64,000 bases of DNA from IMG/VR virus record IMGVR_UViG_3300021399_000100; one strand, 5' to 3'. This DNA comes from a virus. Lineage: Duplodnaviria; Caudoviricetes. The notes beneath the pieces are model-generated. The model did not search any database. It saw only the letters and a list, made by a program, of their open reading frames with translations, and was not told the origin of the DNA. The translations under genes were made by a program, and so were the position numbers. Shown in pieces: positions 1-9,945 of this stretch (position 1 is the first letter of the stretch; the number at the start of each line of letters is the position of its first letter).

Positions 1-19
1 TATTATTAATGTATCATAA

Positions 20-120
20 ATAAAAAATAGCCCATGTCTCTCGACATAAGCTATTAAACATTGATTGTGAAAATTGCTTGTTATATCGGAACGGAATAAT
101 TTATTTTAAGTGTTTTCTTT
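20..120 (-). ncRNA. Candidate ~100-nt small RNA (paralog of 17056-17146)
   Basis: GTGATTATA at 126-134 (-); shared AGAAAACAnnTAAAnTnAATTATTC 5' motif; GAGA-tetraloop terminator at 26-55 whose G-U pairs form only on the - strand. Confidence 0.4.
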
Positions 121-130
121 ATTAATATAA

Positions 131-1024
131 TCACACAGTAAGCATGCATGGCACATTATATGATTTAATTTCTTCCTCTAGCTTCTCTAATTCTGCTCTT
201 GCAGCATCTGCTGGAGACTTTAATGTGATGTTGCCTGGAAGAGTATAATTATATCTTTCTAATATCTCTCCAAGTTGAAGCTTGCACATACATACGCAAT
301 ATCTATAGAATAGTTCGTCATTGAATGCGTCTATCTTATCTATATGAGAACGTACGCATATCACAACATCGCCTACAGGAACATGACCTGTGAAATAAAG
401 CGTCTTATTGATAGGATTGAATGTTGTTGATACCGTCGGGATGGTTATCATTCGTGTAAGATCACTGAATGATAGCATGCATATTGCGTATTCTGCACAG
501 TCAGCCAACGCATATTGAGAGTTTATACCAAAGCGCTGTGGAACGGTATAGGCAACTCCGCCCATATATCTGCTTCCGCCAGCCTCGCCGAAGTTTCTGT
601 ACAGGTCATATACCCCATCGACATATTCTACATCTGGAGGAAGTAGAAGCTTGCCTCTACGTCTGGATTTTCGTGGAGTGCAGATAGGTTCCACACCTTG
701 TTGATGAACCCATTTGCGCATAGTGCTAGCACTTATCAACAGAGATTCTGGATATGTATAATCTCCATGTTCTTTGACAAAATGCTTGAACGCGGTGTCT
801 ATTATACGTTTGATCTCTTTAATTGGAACATTAAAAGGCAAGGCGCAACCTACAGTGACCTCTGAATTAATAGTTGCTATAAACCCATTCAGTGCATCTT
901 CATATTCTGCATCGAGGTCTTCCTCATCATCCCAATCCCTTTCAGGATCACACTGGCACTCACAAGCAGAACCTACACCATTAGGGACACCATGTATGTT
1001 TTCTTTAGGCTCGAATGATTTCAT
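131..1024 (-). CDS. Neck/head-tail adaptor protein, T4 gp13-like
   Basis: C-terminal 'FYRYCVCMCKLQLGEILERYNYTLPGNITL...ELEKLEEEI' resembles the T4 gp13 C-terminal signature (W.K.Y..A..K.Q.G..L.K....LPGG.TL). Confidence 0.65.
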   Translation of the reverse strand: MKSFEPKENIHGVPNGVGSACECQCDPERDWDDEEDLDAEYEDALNGFIATINSEVTVGCALPFNVPIKEIKRIIDTAFKHFVKEHGDYTYPESLLISASTMRKWVHQQGVEPICTPRKSRRRGKLLLPPDVEYVDGVYDLYRNFGEAGGSRYMGGVAYTVPQRFGINSQYALADCAEYAICMLSFSDLTRMITIPTVSTTFNPINKTLYFTGHVPVGDVVICVRSHIDKIDAFNDELFYRYCVCMCKLQLGEILERYNYTLPGNITLKSPADAARAELEKLEEEIKSYNVPCMLTV

Positions 1025-1026
1025 AA

Positions 1027-2262
1027 CTATTCTTCTTCAGTATTTTCTTCTCCAGTTTCTTCGCCATCAGCTTCTTCAGGCTCTTCTTCGTTATTATCTT
1101 CTTTCTTGTTATCCTCTTTCTTGCCTTCTTTCTTATCGTCCTCTTTCTTGCCTTCTTTCTTATCGTCCTCTACATGCTCAGCTTTCTTGTTATCTTCTTT
1201 CTTGTTGTCTTCTGTTGGTTCAGCTTTCTTCGGCTCTTCTTTCTTCGGTTCTTCTTTCTTATCGTCGTCCTCTACTGGTTCTTCTTTCCTTTCGCCTTCT
1301 AGATTTTCTGTATCCTTCGCATCATCTGCTGATAAGGACTGTCTCAAATCTTCAGGAACATTAGGTGTATTGTTAATCTTTTCTGCGACAGTTTGCTGCA
1401 GTTTCTTTATATATTCTACCGTTTCATCTCTGTCCATATGAGGGACCCCTGTGAATTTTCCGCGAAGAATAGCTACCATCAGCTGATAAGCATTGATTAA
1501 TTGTTCTGATGTGATACTAGAAGATGCGACTGCCGTCATAAATCCGGGAAGCTCTATATTATTCTTATTGTTGAAAACAACGAGCTTAGTGATCCATGAC
1601 GAACCATATGTCTTGATATATATCTGACATATGTCATCTATTGTTGCTTCAGGCTTCTGTTGGATAACATTATATGCAATACTGACCAAAGACTTCCATA
1701 CTATATCTTTGAAGGTATCGCTCATACTCCACTGATCATCAGGTATTCTCGTCATGTTAGCCGACCGTCTGTCTTTAATAAAAACATTATTGATAGTCAG
1801 TCCATATATAGGTGTGCCTGATACTGATAGTGCATTTGAAGAGAACTTCATATATTCACATATATTGACATTAGACTGCCCTATCATAATCTGCTGGATG
1901 TCCAGTACCATTTTAGGCGTGAGCATTACTCTTTGTGCCGGAGTGTATGGCAACCCACATACCGCAGATATCTGCTGAGGAGATATGTATATTGAATCTG
2001 TTATACAGAATCGCTTCTCTATACGATATATAGCACTGAACGAGTCGTCTATGACACTGACCTCACATACAGCTCTGGGATTATTCAGAAACAATCCTTT
2101 AGCAGGAGCCATCGCTTGTATAACATCGGATTTTAATGTTTCATCATCTGTACCGGTGACACAAAGGCCCATTGCATTTATACCGACGTGCAGCACTGCT
2201 GTTGATTTAATCTTTTCTTTGACAACTGCTATGCCTGGTGTTATATTAGATAATTTCGCCAT
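1027..2262 (-). CDS. Hypothetical protein with K/E/D-rich low-complexity C-terminal tail ending ...EENTEEE
   Basis: 411-aa ORF; repeated KKEDDKKEG / KKEEP units at about 1030-1290. Confidence 0.8.
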   Translation of the reverse strand: MAKLSNITPGIAVVKEKIKSTAVLHVGINAMGLCVTGTDDETLKSDVIQAMAPAKGLFLNNPRAVCEVSVIDDSFSAIYRIEKRFCITDSIYISPQQISAVCGLPYTPAQRVMLTPKMVLDIQQIMIGQSNVNICEYMKFSSNALSVSGTPIYGLTINNVFIKDRRSANMTRIPDDQWSMSDTFKDIVWKSLVSIAYNVIQQKPEATIDDICQIYIKTYGSSWITKLVVFNNKNNIELPGFMTAVASSSITSEQLINAYQLMVAILRGKFTGVPHMDRDETVEYIKKLQQTVAEKINNTPNVPEDLRQSLSADDAKDTENLEGERKEEPVEDDDKKEEPKKEEPKKAEPTEDNKKEDNKKAEHVEDDKKEGKKEDDKKEGKKEDNKKEDNNEEEPEEADGEETGEENTEEE

Positions 2263-2286
2263 ATAGAACTATTAATTAGTTAATAC

Positions 2287-2814
2287 TTATATATTTACTT
2301 TGGTTTCTCTCAATTCATCTGCTTTCGCCATTACACGAGTAACAAACTGTTGAGGATCCCCTAATTCTTCAGATGTACATAAGAAATTGAACAATTGTAC
2401 AAAATCCGCCATAGAATAAATGAACACAGGGTATTGCGTACAGTAGTACATTCTATACCTAGTCTGACTGTGAGATACTTCACTATATAGATTATTAAGG
2501 ACGGATTCTCCACCTACGCCAGATACGACAAAATCATCAAAATACTTAGTCAATACATAGAATGCTATGCCGTGATCTGGTACTGCATTTTTTGAATGAA
2601 GCAGTTTGTATAACGCAGGAGTTTGCGATACCTCATTCCTATGAGTATTAGAACCTCCTTCAAAAAATCCATTAGGAGCGTTCAATAACTCAAGACCATT
2701 GTGGAGACGGATGCAATCTATATATGCTAGCAACGCTCCCCAACACAAAATGGATGATTGCGTTTCTGGATGTTGTATCTGTCCTTCACATCTATTATAT
2801 ACGTCAGATGCCAT
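2287..2814 (-). CDS. Hypothetical protein
   Basis: 175-aa ORF; GTAAATA motif upstream on - strand (2842-2848). Confidence 0.7.
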   Translation of the reverse strand: MASDVYNRCEGQIQHPETQSSILCWGALLAYIDCIRLHNGLELLNAPNGFFEGGSNTHRNEVSQTPALYKLLHSKNAVPDHGIAFYVLTKYFDDFVVSGVGGESVLNNLYSEVSHSQTRYRMYYCTQYPVFIYSMADFVQLFNFLCTSEELGDPQQFVTRVMAKADELRETKVNI

Positions 2815-2859
2815 GTATCTCTGGTAAATAGTGTATATAACTATTTACACATATTCGAT

Positions 2860-4236
2860 ATGAATACTTTTGATGTATTTTCAGGTACCGATGTCAAAGA
2901 GCAGATGGACAAACTTCACGAATGCGTGACTCAATATATAAGTCATATCAAAGATACTATAGAGGCTGAGCATCGCAAGTCACATAATGAGCAGGGAGTT
3001 GATGTTGATAAAATATTGAACAGTCTCGGAGATATTAAATCTAAGCTTATTGATGTGTTGCTTTCCAAGAAGACGTCTAATTATGTACTGCATTCATTGA
3101 ATGTAGTGTACAATTTTGATGCGTTTTTGAACCCTATAGCAACTATCGTAGTGACTTATGCTATAAGACAGTTGTATATCAATAAGATAGGCCTAGAAAT
3201 TATCAATAACATAAATAATGTCATCAAATGTGTATGCATGGATATGATAGCAAGGAGCAAGGCTAACAGAGGACTTGCAGAAGTATCTTCTATGTCTAAA
3301 GACTATAATATGAAGATATCGGAAGTCATCAGCATTACACAGAAATACGTCGATTCACGTGATACGCAGGTTATGCAAATGCTAGATCATACTATCCAGC
3401 ATGATATCGAAGGTTTCAAAGAAAATATAGAGTCATCAGATAAACTGATAGACGCCTTCTCGCAGAACGATAAATGGGTAGCAGAATGGGGTATGACCAC
3501 TAAAGCTATTACGTTGCAGTCTGCTAACAACCTGTGTCTGAAGATACGCAAGGACATGGGAAGCTATATAACTGCCCTATCTACTTGTTTGGACCGCCAC
3601 GTAGTAGATAATATATCATTTAATGCCGATAGGGACTATTACGATGAGCGTTTTATAGATGATCAGATCATGTCTAATGAAAGAAAGATCAAGGATGCTG
3701 AAAACTCCATAGAAAGTGCTGAAGTCGATATGCATAAACTAGTAAAGAAAGGCAAGGAACTTTCTGATAGTAACCGCATCAAGTCATATAAGCAATATAA
3801 AGATATGGACGAGGACGATAAGCAAGCTCTTACTGCTTATTGGAAGCAGAATCCATCCAAAGCTCCAGATGCTGTAAGATATATATATGATAAAGATAGA
3901 TTCCGTATAGCACTCAAAGATATTTGTGAAAATATTGCAGAAACACGAAATAGAGAGAACGATTCTTATGACGTGTTCATTGGCAAAAGATTCTATGAGC
4001 TGATGGGTATAGAAGACCTCCGGATGTATATTTACGATATAATGGATTTCTCTTACTCTAATAACGTAGAGAATCTTATCAAGAATAACTATAATATATT
4101 AAAATTCGATAAGAGGGTACAAGGTAATAAACCAACTAAAAGCGAGAAGCTTGAGATCTTGAAATCTAAAAAGATCTTCGGAAACTACTTGAAAGCGCTA
4201 GAAAGTGAAAAGAAGTACGGTAAAGACGTGAAATAA
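2860..4236 (+). CDS. Hypothetical protein (helical/coiled-coil)
   Basis: Long ORF; start moved to ATG 2860, downstream of GTAAATA at 2824-2830, which avoids overlap with the divergent gene. Confidence 0.75.
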   Translation: MNTFDVFSGTDVKEQMDKLHECVTQYISHIKDTIEAEHRKSHNEQGVDVDKILNSLGDIKSKLIDVLLSKKTSNYVLHSLNVVYNFDAFLNPIATIVVTYAIRQLYINKIGLEIINNINNVIKCVCMDMIARSKANRGLAEVSSMSKDYNMKISEVISITQKYVDSRDTQVMQMLDHTIQHDIEGFKENIESSDKLIDAFSQNDKWVAEWGMTTKAITLQSANNLCLKIRKDMGSYITALSTCLDRHVVDNISFNADRDYYDERFIDDQIMSNERKIKDAENSIESAEVDMHKLVKKGKELSDSNRIKSYKQYKDMDEDDKQALTAYWKQNPSKAPDAVRYIYDKDRFRIALKDICENIAETRNRENDSYDVFIGKRFYELMGIEDLRMYIYDIMDFSYSNNVENLIKNNYNILKFDKRVQGNKPTKSEKLEILKSKKIFGNYLKALESEKKYGKDVK

Positions 4237-4245
4237 TTGAAAAAT

Positions 4246-6030
4246 ATGGATATTATTAAGACATACGAGATTTCATTAAGGGGTCCTTCTGTTGATATCA
4301 GCGCTATAGGAGGGAGGCCGAATTGGGAATCTAATTCTCGATACAGATACTCTTATCATAAAGAAGCTTCTCTATGGAGTGACTGGAAAGACTTGTCCCT
4401 AGACGAGCTTAATGGAAAAACGTTCAAAGAGAAACATATCGATATAGAAATAGAGATATCTGGCGAAGCAGAAGAGGACTTCCCTACACTAGCCGTCAGT
4501 GTTCCAGATGATGCCGAATGCGGGCTTCCTTCTGTCACAGTCAATGAAAATACAACAGGTGACGGCGAGCCATGCACTGCATCTATTAGAGTAACTGACT
4601 GTGATGATGTAGATGGAAATGATAATACATTCAATCCATATGCAGTAGGGTCTGCTTCAGAGATATATAACGAACTATCAGCTATAGTTTCAGATACGTT
4701 CGGATTCACTTCTAGATATTTCAGAACATCTCCTGCAAGAAACTCCGCAGATTATATTTTCCACGAGTTCTCTCTAAAGAATGTATCTGCTGCAGATAAT
4801 ATCAAAGTAGTGATAGAAGATAATAAGCTGCCATCTAGAAGCTTCGTCATAAACAATCCATTATTAGATTATCAAGAAACCCTTACTGTCCATATAGTCA
4901 AGAGTGAGTTCCATAATGTCTTCGGTAAGAAGACCTATCCGAGAGAACATGACTATCTTGCTATAAACTTTAAGAATTTCAACAAGATGTATGAAGTCAT
5001 AGGTGTGTATAATCCCGATGACTTTTTATACGCTGCATCATATTGGATTGTCTTGCTACAACCTTACCAGGATAGAAGTATGGTAGGGTATGATAGTGAA
5101 GATAGTGATGTTATCATAGACAGAGAAAAGGCAACAGAAGTCAACCAATCAACTACATTAGACATAAATGACGGTGATCTTACAAAAGAGATAGAAACTT
5201 TCACCTTTAATAAAAAGGCAGAGGAACATAAAGAAGCCGCTAAGAATGACACTGAAAAAGCGCGTGCAGACAGCCTGCTGAATGATAAGATTCTAGACAG
5301 TTCACGCAAGCGCAGTGATTTTATGACGAACTCATATGATAATGCTGTCAAATGTGAGAAAGAGATAATATATCACATGAATATACCTATAGCTAATTAT
5401 AATTATACGCTAAAGAGTAAAGGCATAGGTTCTTGCGCGATTCTATATCACAAATTCAAAAGCAGTCCTATATGCCGTATCTCTTTCGTTTTCAAACTGT
5501 TAGCTACAGTAACTCGAAATATGCCTATACTGAGCGACGGTGAAACATCAGTATGGATCACTAGAAAGACTATATCAATAAAAAGAGGTGATTATATCAA
5601 GACATATACTGTAGAGGATCCTATGACTAATGTATGGTATGCCGCTTCTGTCATAATGGATGAAGATGAACAGTCTATGACTAGAATATCCATATGGAAG
5701 CAGGAAAAGGACCTTATACATAGCAGAGATAAATTTGTACAGGTTATTGCAGAAGGATCCACTCAGAGCGGGCTATATAGGCCATATCCGCTGCTAAATG
5801 ATGCCGACCATGGAGAAGTATGTCTCTTCGGTGGTCCCTATAGCATTACTAATATTAAGATAGCTACTGATCCACTTCCTGAAAATAAAGAATTCAGTGA
5901 AGCGATAGCCCAAGTATCTCATGATATGCATACTATGATAGTGTCAGATATGGCTGCTCCGCGCATCACTAGTGAAAGCATTATGCCTCTAGTGAAACGT
6001 CCTGATCAACAGGAGAAGAAATCAGTCTAG
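4246..6030 (+). CDS. Neck/head-closure protein, T4 gp14-like central domain with N- and C-terminal extensions
   Basis: 'DYIFHEFSL...TVHIVKSEF...YPREHDYL...MYEV' resembles gp14 (D.lf.E...F....P.EGDLIY....lfEi). Confidence 0.5.
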   Translation: MDIIKTYEISLRGPSVDISAIGGRPNWESNSRYRYSYHKEASLWSDWKDLSLDELNGKTFKEKHIDIEIEISGEAEEDFPTLAVSVPDDAECGLPSVTVNENTTGDGEPCTASIRVTDCDDVDGNDNTFNPYAVGSASEIYNELSAIVSDTFGFTSRYFRTSPARNSADYIFHEFSLKNVSAADNIKVVIEDNKLPSRSFVINNPLLDYQETLTVHIVKSEFHNVFGKKTYPREHDYLAINFKNFNKMYEVIGVYNPDDFLYAASYWIVLLQPYQDRSMVGYDSEDSDVIIDREKATEVNQSTTLDINDGDLTKEIETFTFNKKAEEHKEAAKNDTEKARADSLLNDKILDSSRKRSDFMTNSYDNAVKCEKEIIYHMNIPIANYNYTLKSKGIGSCAILYHKFKSSPICRISFVFKLLATVTRNMPILSDGETSVWITRKTISIKRGDYIKTYTVEDPMTNVWYAASVIMDEDEQSMTRISIWKQEKDLIHSRDKFVQVIAEGSTQSGLYRPYPLLNDADHGEVCLFGGPYSITNIKIATDPLPENKEFSEAIAQVSHDMHTMIVSDMAAPRITSESIMPLVKRPDQQEKKSV

Positions 6031-6061
6031 GTGCAATGACTGTCGTCACGTGTGATTATAT

Positions 6062-6096
6062 AAAAATAGCAGCAGGGTTATTCTGCTGCTATTTTT
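6062..6096. terminator. Bidirectional intrinsic terminator
   Basis: aaaaatagcagcag-ggttatt-ctgctgctattttt between convergent genes. Confidence 0.8.
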
Positions 6097-6671
6097 TATT
6101 TTATAAGTCCTAAAGCTTTCTTTGCAATATCTAGTCTATTTTTTCTATCAGCAAATCCATTAGTCCCTCCGTTGACTCTACGCGTCACTGCTAGAATATC
6201 ATCCTTATCAGCAAGTACGTTCAGATTGTTTTTTGTCCAGAACCATACGGCAGATGCAACAGCCTGGGTTGGGTTTTCTACCAATTCAGGATGAGTTACA
6301 AACATTTTCTCATATGGACCTGGTCCAAAATACCATTTAGAAAATGCTGCATAGTTCGCCTTTCCTGTCAATTGAATAAGACCTCTGCCTTTATATACTT
6401 CGCCATCTCCATCTGCCTCTGGTGTGTTGCCTAGTGCAATAGCAAGCTTGCCTGTATCATATTTCTTGAAATACGAAGAACCTCCGAGCTCTCTGACATA
6501 ACGTAGACTTCCTGACTCTGTACCAACCTGAGCTAAGAAATGAGCAATACGTAATGGCGTGTCTATTTTGAATTTATTGCACCACTTTCTAAGAGGTTCT
6601 GCATATTTGTCTATGTTTGCTTTAGTAGCATCTGGCATACATTTAGCTAATATTTCTTTGGTCAGTTCCAT
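6096..6671 (-). CDS. Glycoside hydrolase family 19 endolysin
   Basis: 'RIAHFLAQVGTESG', 'YKGRGLIQLTGKANY', 'SAVWFW', 'TRRVNGGTNG..DR' GH19 lysozyme motifs. Confidence 0.93.
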   Translation of the reverse strand: MELTKEILAKCMPDATKANIDKYAEPLRKWCNKFKIDTPLRIAHFLAQVGTESGSLRYVRELGGSSYFKKYDTGKLAIALGNTPEADGDGEVYKGRGLIQLTGKANYAAFSKWYFGPGPYEKMFVTHPELVENPTQAVASAVWFWTKNNLNVLADKDDILAVTRRVNGGTNGFADRKNRLDIAKKALGLIK

Positions 6672-6708
6672 ATATGTAAGTAAATATATTATTATTTACA
6701 CAGTTTGG

Positions 6709-7620
6709 AATCAATAATGAATAATTGAGAATATGAAAACATTTGATCAATGGATTGAAAATCCTGCCCAGAATATTGATGAAGGGACATTTGGTTTCTT
6801 GAATAATAAAAATGCAGATCGAAATTCGCATAGCATCACAGAGTTTAAGCAAACTCCCATAGTTCAACCTAAGAATAAAGAAGAACTGGAGAAGATTATT
6901 AACGATACCATCAAAGCGAAAGGCTCTAATTGTGATCTAAATTTCATCGATACGTCTCTGATAACCGATATGAGTAGGTTATTTATGGGGTCTGATTTTA
7001 ATGGGATCATCTCCAAGTGGGACGTCTCTAATGTCACGGATATGAGTGGTATGTTCGAAGAATCAAGTTTCGAGGGGGACCTCGCTGAATGGGATGTATC
7101 TAATGTTAAAGATATGAGTGAAATGTTCTATGAAGCGTATGGCTTCAATAGTGACATTGCTAATTGGAATGTCTCTAATGTAATATATATGCAATATATG
7201 TTCGCAGAATCCGGATTTAACCGTAACATTTCAAAGTGGAATGTGTCTAAGAATGCATTTGTGTATATGATGTTTGATCGCACATATCTTGAGGAAAATG
7301 GTACCCTTCCTAACTGGTATAAGTACCATCCTAATAAAAATTAGATTTATATGATAATAATTAAGAATATGAAGACATTTGATCAGTGGATTGAAAATCC
7401 TGCCCAGAATATTGATGAAGGAGTATTTGGTTTCTTGAATAATAAAAATGCAGATCGAAATTCGCATAGCATCACAGAGTTTAGGCAGACTCCCATAGTT
7501 CAACCTAAGAATAAAGAAGAACTGAAGAAGATTATTAACGATACTATCAAAGAAAAAGGTGATCATTGCGATCTAAATTTCATAGATACGTCTCTGATAA
7601 CTGATATGAGTGAGTTATTT
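6709..7620 (+). repeat. Direct repeat of about 260 bp (5' UTR plus first ~80 codons of DUF285 genes 1 and 2; a shorter copy at ~8335-8410)
   Basis: ataattgagaatatgaaaacatttgatcaatggattgaaaatcctgcccagaatattgatgaagg... occurs near-identically at ~6721 and ~7357, and partially at ~8336. Confidence 0.9.
6733..7344 (+). CDS. DUF285/BspA-like repeat protein 1 with capsid-targeting-like leader
   Basis: WDVSNVTDMSGMF-type repeats; N-terminus [18 protein letters not shown]. Confidence 0.85.
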   Translation: MKTFDQWIENPAQNIDEGTFGFLNNKNADRNSHSITEFKQTPIVQPKNKEELEKIINDTIKAKGSNCDLNFIDTSLITDMSRLFMGSDFNGIISKWDVSNVTDMSGMFEESSFEGDLAEWDVSNVKDMSEMFYEAYGFNSDIANWNVSNVIYMQYMFAESGFNRNISKWNVSKNAFVYMMFDRTYLEENGTLPNWYKYHPNKN

Positions 7621-8319
7621 CAGAGGTCTTCTTTTGATGGGAATATCTCTAAGTGGGATACATCGAATGTGCAAAATATGAGTCATATGTTTCAGAGGTC
7701 TTCTTTTAATGGGGTTATCTCTGATTGGGATACATCAAATGTACAAGATATGAGTTATATGTTTAATGTGTCCAAATTCAATGGGGTCATCTCTGATTGG
7801 AATACATCGAATGTGCGAGATATGAGCGGAATGTTTATGGTATCTGAATTCAATGGGGTTATCTCTGATTGGGATACATCGAATGTACAAGATATGCATG
7901 AGATGTTTTGTGGGTCTGTTTTTGATGGGGTTATCTCTGATTGGAATACATCAAATGTGCGAGATATGAGTAGCATGTTCGCTGAATCTGATTTTGAAGG
8001 AGACCTCTCTAGGTGGAATACATCTAATGTTGAGAATATGAAAGGAATGTTTTGGTCCTCTATGTTCAATAGCGACCTCGCAAAATGGAATGTCTCTAAG
8101 GTAAGAGATATGGGATTTATGTTCTCCGAATCTGAATTCAATAGTGACATCCATGAATGGGATGTCTCTAATGTAAGAAACATGGAGGAAATGTTCTATC
8201 GCTCTTGGTTCAATAAAGACATCTCAGATTGGGAGGTATCTGATGATGTATGTATGCGCAATATGTTTAAGGATTCAAAACTTGAGGAAAATGATGCCAT
8301 CCCTGAGTGGTATTATTAA
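7369..8319 (+). CDS. DUF285/BspA-like repeat protein 2
   Basis: About 9 copies of a 24-aa WDTSNVxDMSxMFxxSxFNGxISD unit; 5' region nearly identical to 6733 gene; start at the paralogous MKTF ATG. Confidence 0.88.
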   Translation: MKTFDQWIENPAQNIDEGVFGFLNNKNADRNSHSITEFRQTPIVQPKNKEELKKIINDTIKEKGDHCDLNFIDTSLITDMSELFQRSSFDGNISKWDTSNVQNMSHMFQRSSFNGVISDWDTSNVQDMSYMFNVSKFNGVISDWNTSNVRDMSGMFMVSEFNGVISDWDTSNVQDMHEMFCGSVFDGVISDWNTSNVRDMSSMFAESDFEGDLSRWNTSNVENMKGMFWSSMFNSDLAKWNVSKVRDMGFMFSESEFNSDIHEWDVSNVRNMEEMFYRSWFNKDISDWEVSDDVCMRNMFKDSKLEENDAIPEWYY

Positions 8320-8347
8320 ATTTATTTATATAATAATAATTGAGAAT

Positions 8348-9232
8348 ATGAAGACATTTGATCAATGGGTTGAAAATCCTGTCCAGAATATTGATGAAGG
8401 AGTATTTGACTTCTTTAAAAAGAAGAAGACGAATAATAGTGCACCTGTGATTAAAGCAAAAGACAGAGAACATCTAGAGAAGCTTATCAATAATGCTATC
8501 CATCCTGCAGGAGGAAGGATCAATTATGAAGCGGATCTTAACTTTATCGATGTCAGCAATATCACAGACATGTCTGAACTCTTCCAAAATTCAGAGTTCA
8601 ACGGCAGCATTTCTGAATGGAATACGTCCAACGTGGTGAATATGGACAAAATGTTCATGAATTCCAAATTTAACAAGGACATCTCTAAGTGGAACACTCG
8701 CAAGGTGCAGTCCATGAACAAGATGTTCGAGTCCTCTAAATTTAACAAGAACATTTCTAAATGGGACGTCGGTAGAGTTACTTCAATGAATTATATGTTC
8801 CGTAATGCTGCATTTGATGGAGACCTGTCTGAATGGAGACCTGTAAATCTCAGTGAAGCAAACGGAATGTTCCAAAACAGCAAGGTAGACTGTGATTTAT
8901 CAAAATGGCCGCTTAAAAATCTTACAACCGCAAGATATATGTTTGCTAATACTACATCGAAGTGGAAAGGAATAGGCAACTGGCCTATCAATAAAATAGA
9001 AGACACTACTTCTATGTTCGCAAGGGCTGTTAAGTTCGATGATGACATCACTAACTGGAACATGTCAAACATACGGGCTTGTTCGAGAATGTTTGATTCA
9101 GCTGAAAAATTCTCCCAGAATCTTTCTACGTGGAAGGAACCTATAGAAAAACCGTCAATTGGAGACAGAATACAAATGTTCAAAGGCTGTCCGAAGATGA
9201 AGCCTAATATGATGCCTAAATGGGCTAAGTAA
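8348..9232 (+). CDS. DUF285/BspA-like repeat protein 3
   Basis: [13 protein letters not shown] repeats; N-terminus [18 protein letters not shown]. Confidence 0.85.
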   Translation: MKTFDQWVENPVQNIDEGVFDFFKKKKTNNSAPVIKAKDREHLEKLINNAIHPAGGRINYEADLNFIDVSNITDMSELFQNSEFNGSISEWNTSNVVNMDKMFMNSKFNKDISKWNTRKVQSMNKMFESSKFNKNISKWDVGRVTSMNYMFRNAAFDGDLSEWRPVNLSEANGMFQNSKVDCDLSKWPLKNLTTARYMFANTTSKWKGIGNWPINKIEDTTSMFARAVKFDDDITNWNMSNIRACSRMFDSAEKFSQNLSTWKEPIEKPSIGDRIQMFKGCPKMKPNMMPKWAK

Positions 9233-9255
9233 CTAGTCATATATTATAATATAAT

Positions 9256-9287
9256 CAGGCGGTGCATCATTTTTTGCATCGCCTTTT
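9256..9287 (+). terminator. Intrinsic terminator after DUF285 cluster
   Basis: aggcggtgca-tcattttt-tgcatcgcct followed by T-run. Confidence 0.7.
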
Positions 9288-9338
9288 TAATGTCTATATA
9301 AAAAATTAATGGTTATATTATATATTTAGGTAAAATCT

Positions 9339-9372
9339 TTTGTATACGTGTAAAAATTATAGTAATTTTACA
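9339..9372 (+). promoter_or_regulatory. Bacteroidetes sigma-A-like promoter (near consensus)
   Basis: TTTG-N20-TAATTTTA(CA) versus consensus TTTG-N19-21-TAnnTTTG; one mismatch. Confidence 0.4.
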
Positions 9373-9405
9373 TCAAGAATTACGGAACAATTAAAACATG
9401 CAATT

Positions 9406-9792
9406 ATGAAACGGATTATAGTGTTGTTAGCTAGCCTTCTTATTTATATGGCTAGTTTTAGTCAGGTAGTTGTGTTGCACACCGTTGCGGCCGCTGATGG
9501 AACCTTAGATAAGAATGCTAGATATGCATTCTGTGGGTATGCCAGAGACAGCGCAAAAGTATATATCAATATGAACGATAGCACTGTGAGCTTCGGAGAT
9601 AATAAATTTATGATCATGTCTAATCCGAAGGTATGGGACATACAGCGCACATATAAGTACTGTACGTTCTGGGGTTATGACTCAGATTATCATAAAGTAT
9701 ATATCAAGTTATTTCGTTACGACGGCTCAACGCGCAGTAAGATTTGTGTGTTCAGCAAAGACAAAGCATGGAGATTCATAGGTAACGAATAG
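9406..9792 (+). CDS. Exported protein with Sec signal peptide
   Basis: MKRIIVLLASLLIYMASFS|Q: signal peptide followed by Gln (Bacteroidetes Q-rule). Confidence 0.7.
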   Translation: MKRIIVLLASLLIYMASFSQVVVLHTVAAADGTLDKNARYAFCGYARDSAKVYINMNDSTVSFGDNKFMIMSNPKVWDIQRTYKYCTFWGYDSDYHKVYIKLFRYDGSTRSKICVFSKDKAWRFIGNE

Positions 9793-9812
9793 CGATATAT
9801 TCTAGTAACTTG

Positions 9813-9902
9813 AATTTGCTATGTTATCTCGCGTATAAACACATATTACGTAAACTACGAAGAAGATATCTATTTAGAAAAGATATCGCGTTAAATCGCA
9901 TT
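9813..9902 (+). repeat. Dispersed ~90-bp fixed-spacing element, copy 1
   Basis: TCGCGTATAA-N24-AAGATATC-N11-GATATCGCGTTAAATCGCATT; also at 44130-44218 (-) and 63547-63635 (+). Confidence 0.85.
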
Positions 9903-9910
9903 AAAAATAA

Positions 9911-9939
9911 AAAAGAGAATCTGCATGAGATTCTCTTTT
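9911..9939. terminator. Bidirectional terminator
   Basis: aaaagagaatct-gcatg-agattctctttt. Confidence 0.75.
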
Positions 9940-9945
9940 GTTATA

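Noticed and set aside
60-85. Similarity of gattgtgaaaattgctt to Bacteroidetes type II-C CRISPR repeat starts (RNA anti-CRISPR idea)
   Set aside because: The match is short, gapped and AT-rich; not supportable without alignment to host repeats.
774-1441. Opposite-strand Ser/Leu-rich ORFs (also 26537-27295, 47886-48563, 51823-52106 and similar)
   Set aside because: Antisense shadows of low-complexity acidic or Lys-rich coding regions.
6052-6060. GTGATTATA copies at 6052 and 44190 as gene promoters
   Set aside because: Both point directly into terminator hairpins with no downstream gene; function unclear.
6733-9232. Diversity-generating retroelement acting on the DUF285 genes
   Set aside because: No reverse transcriptase in the window, and differences between copies are not adenine-specific; tandem duplication explains them.
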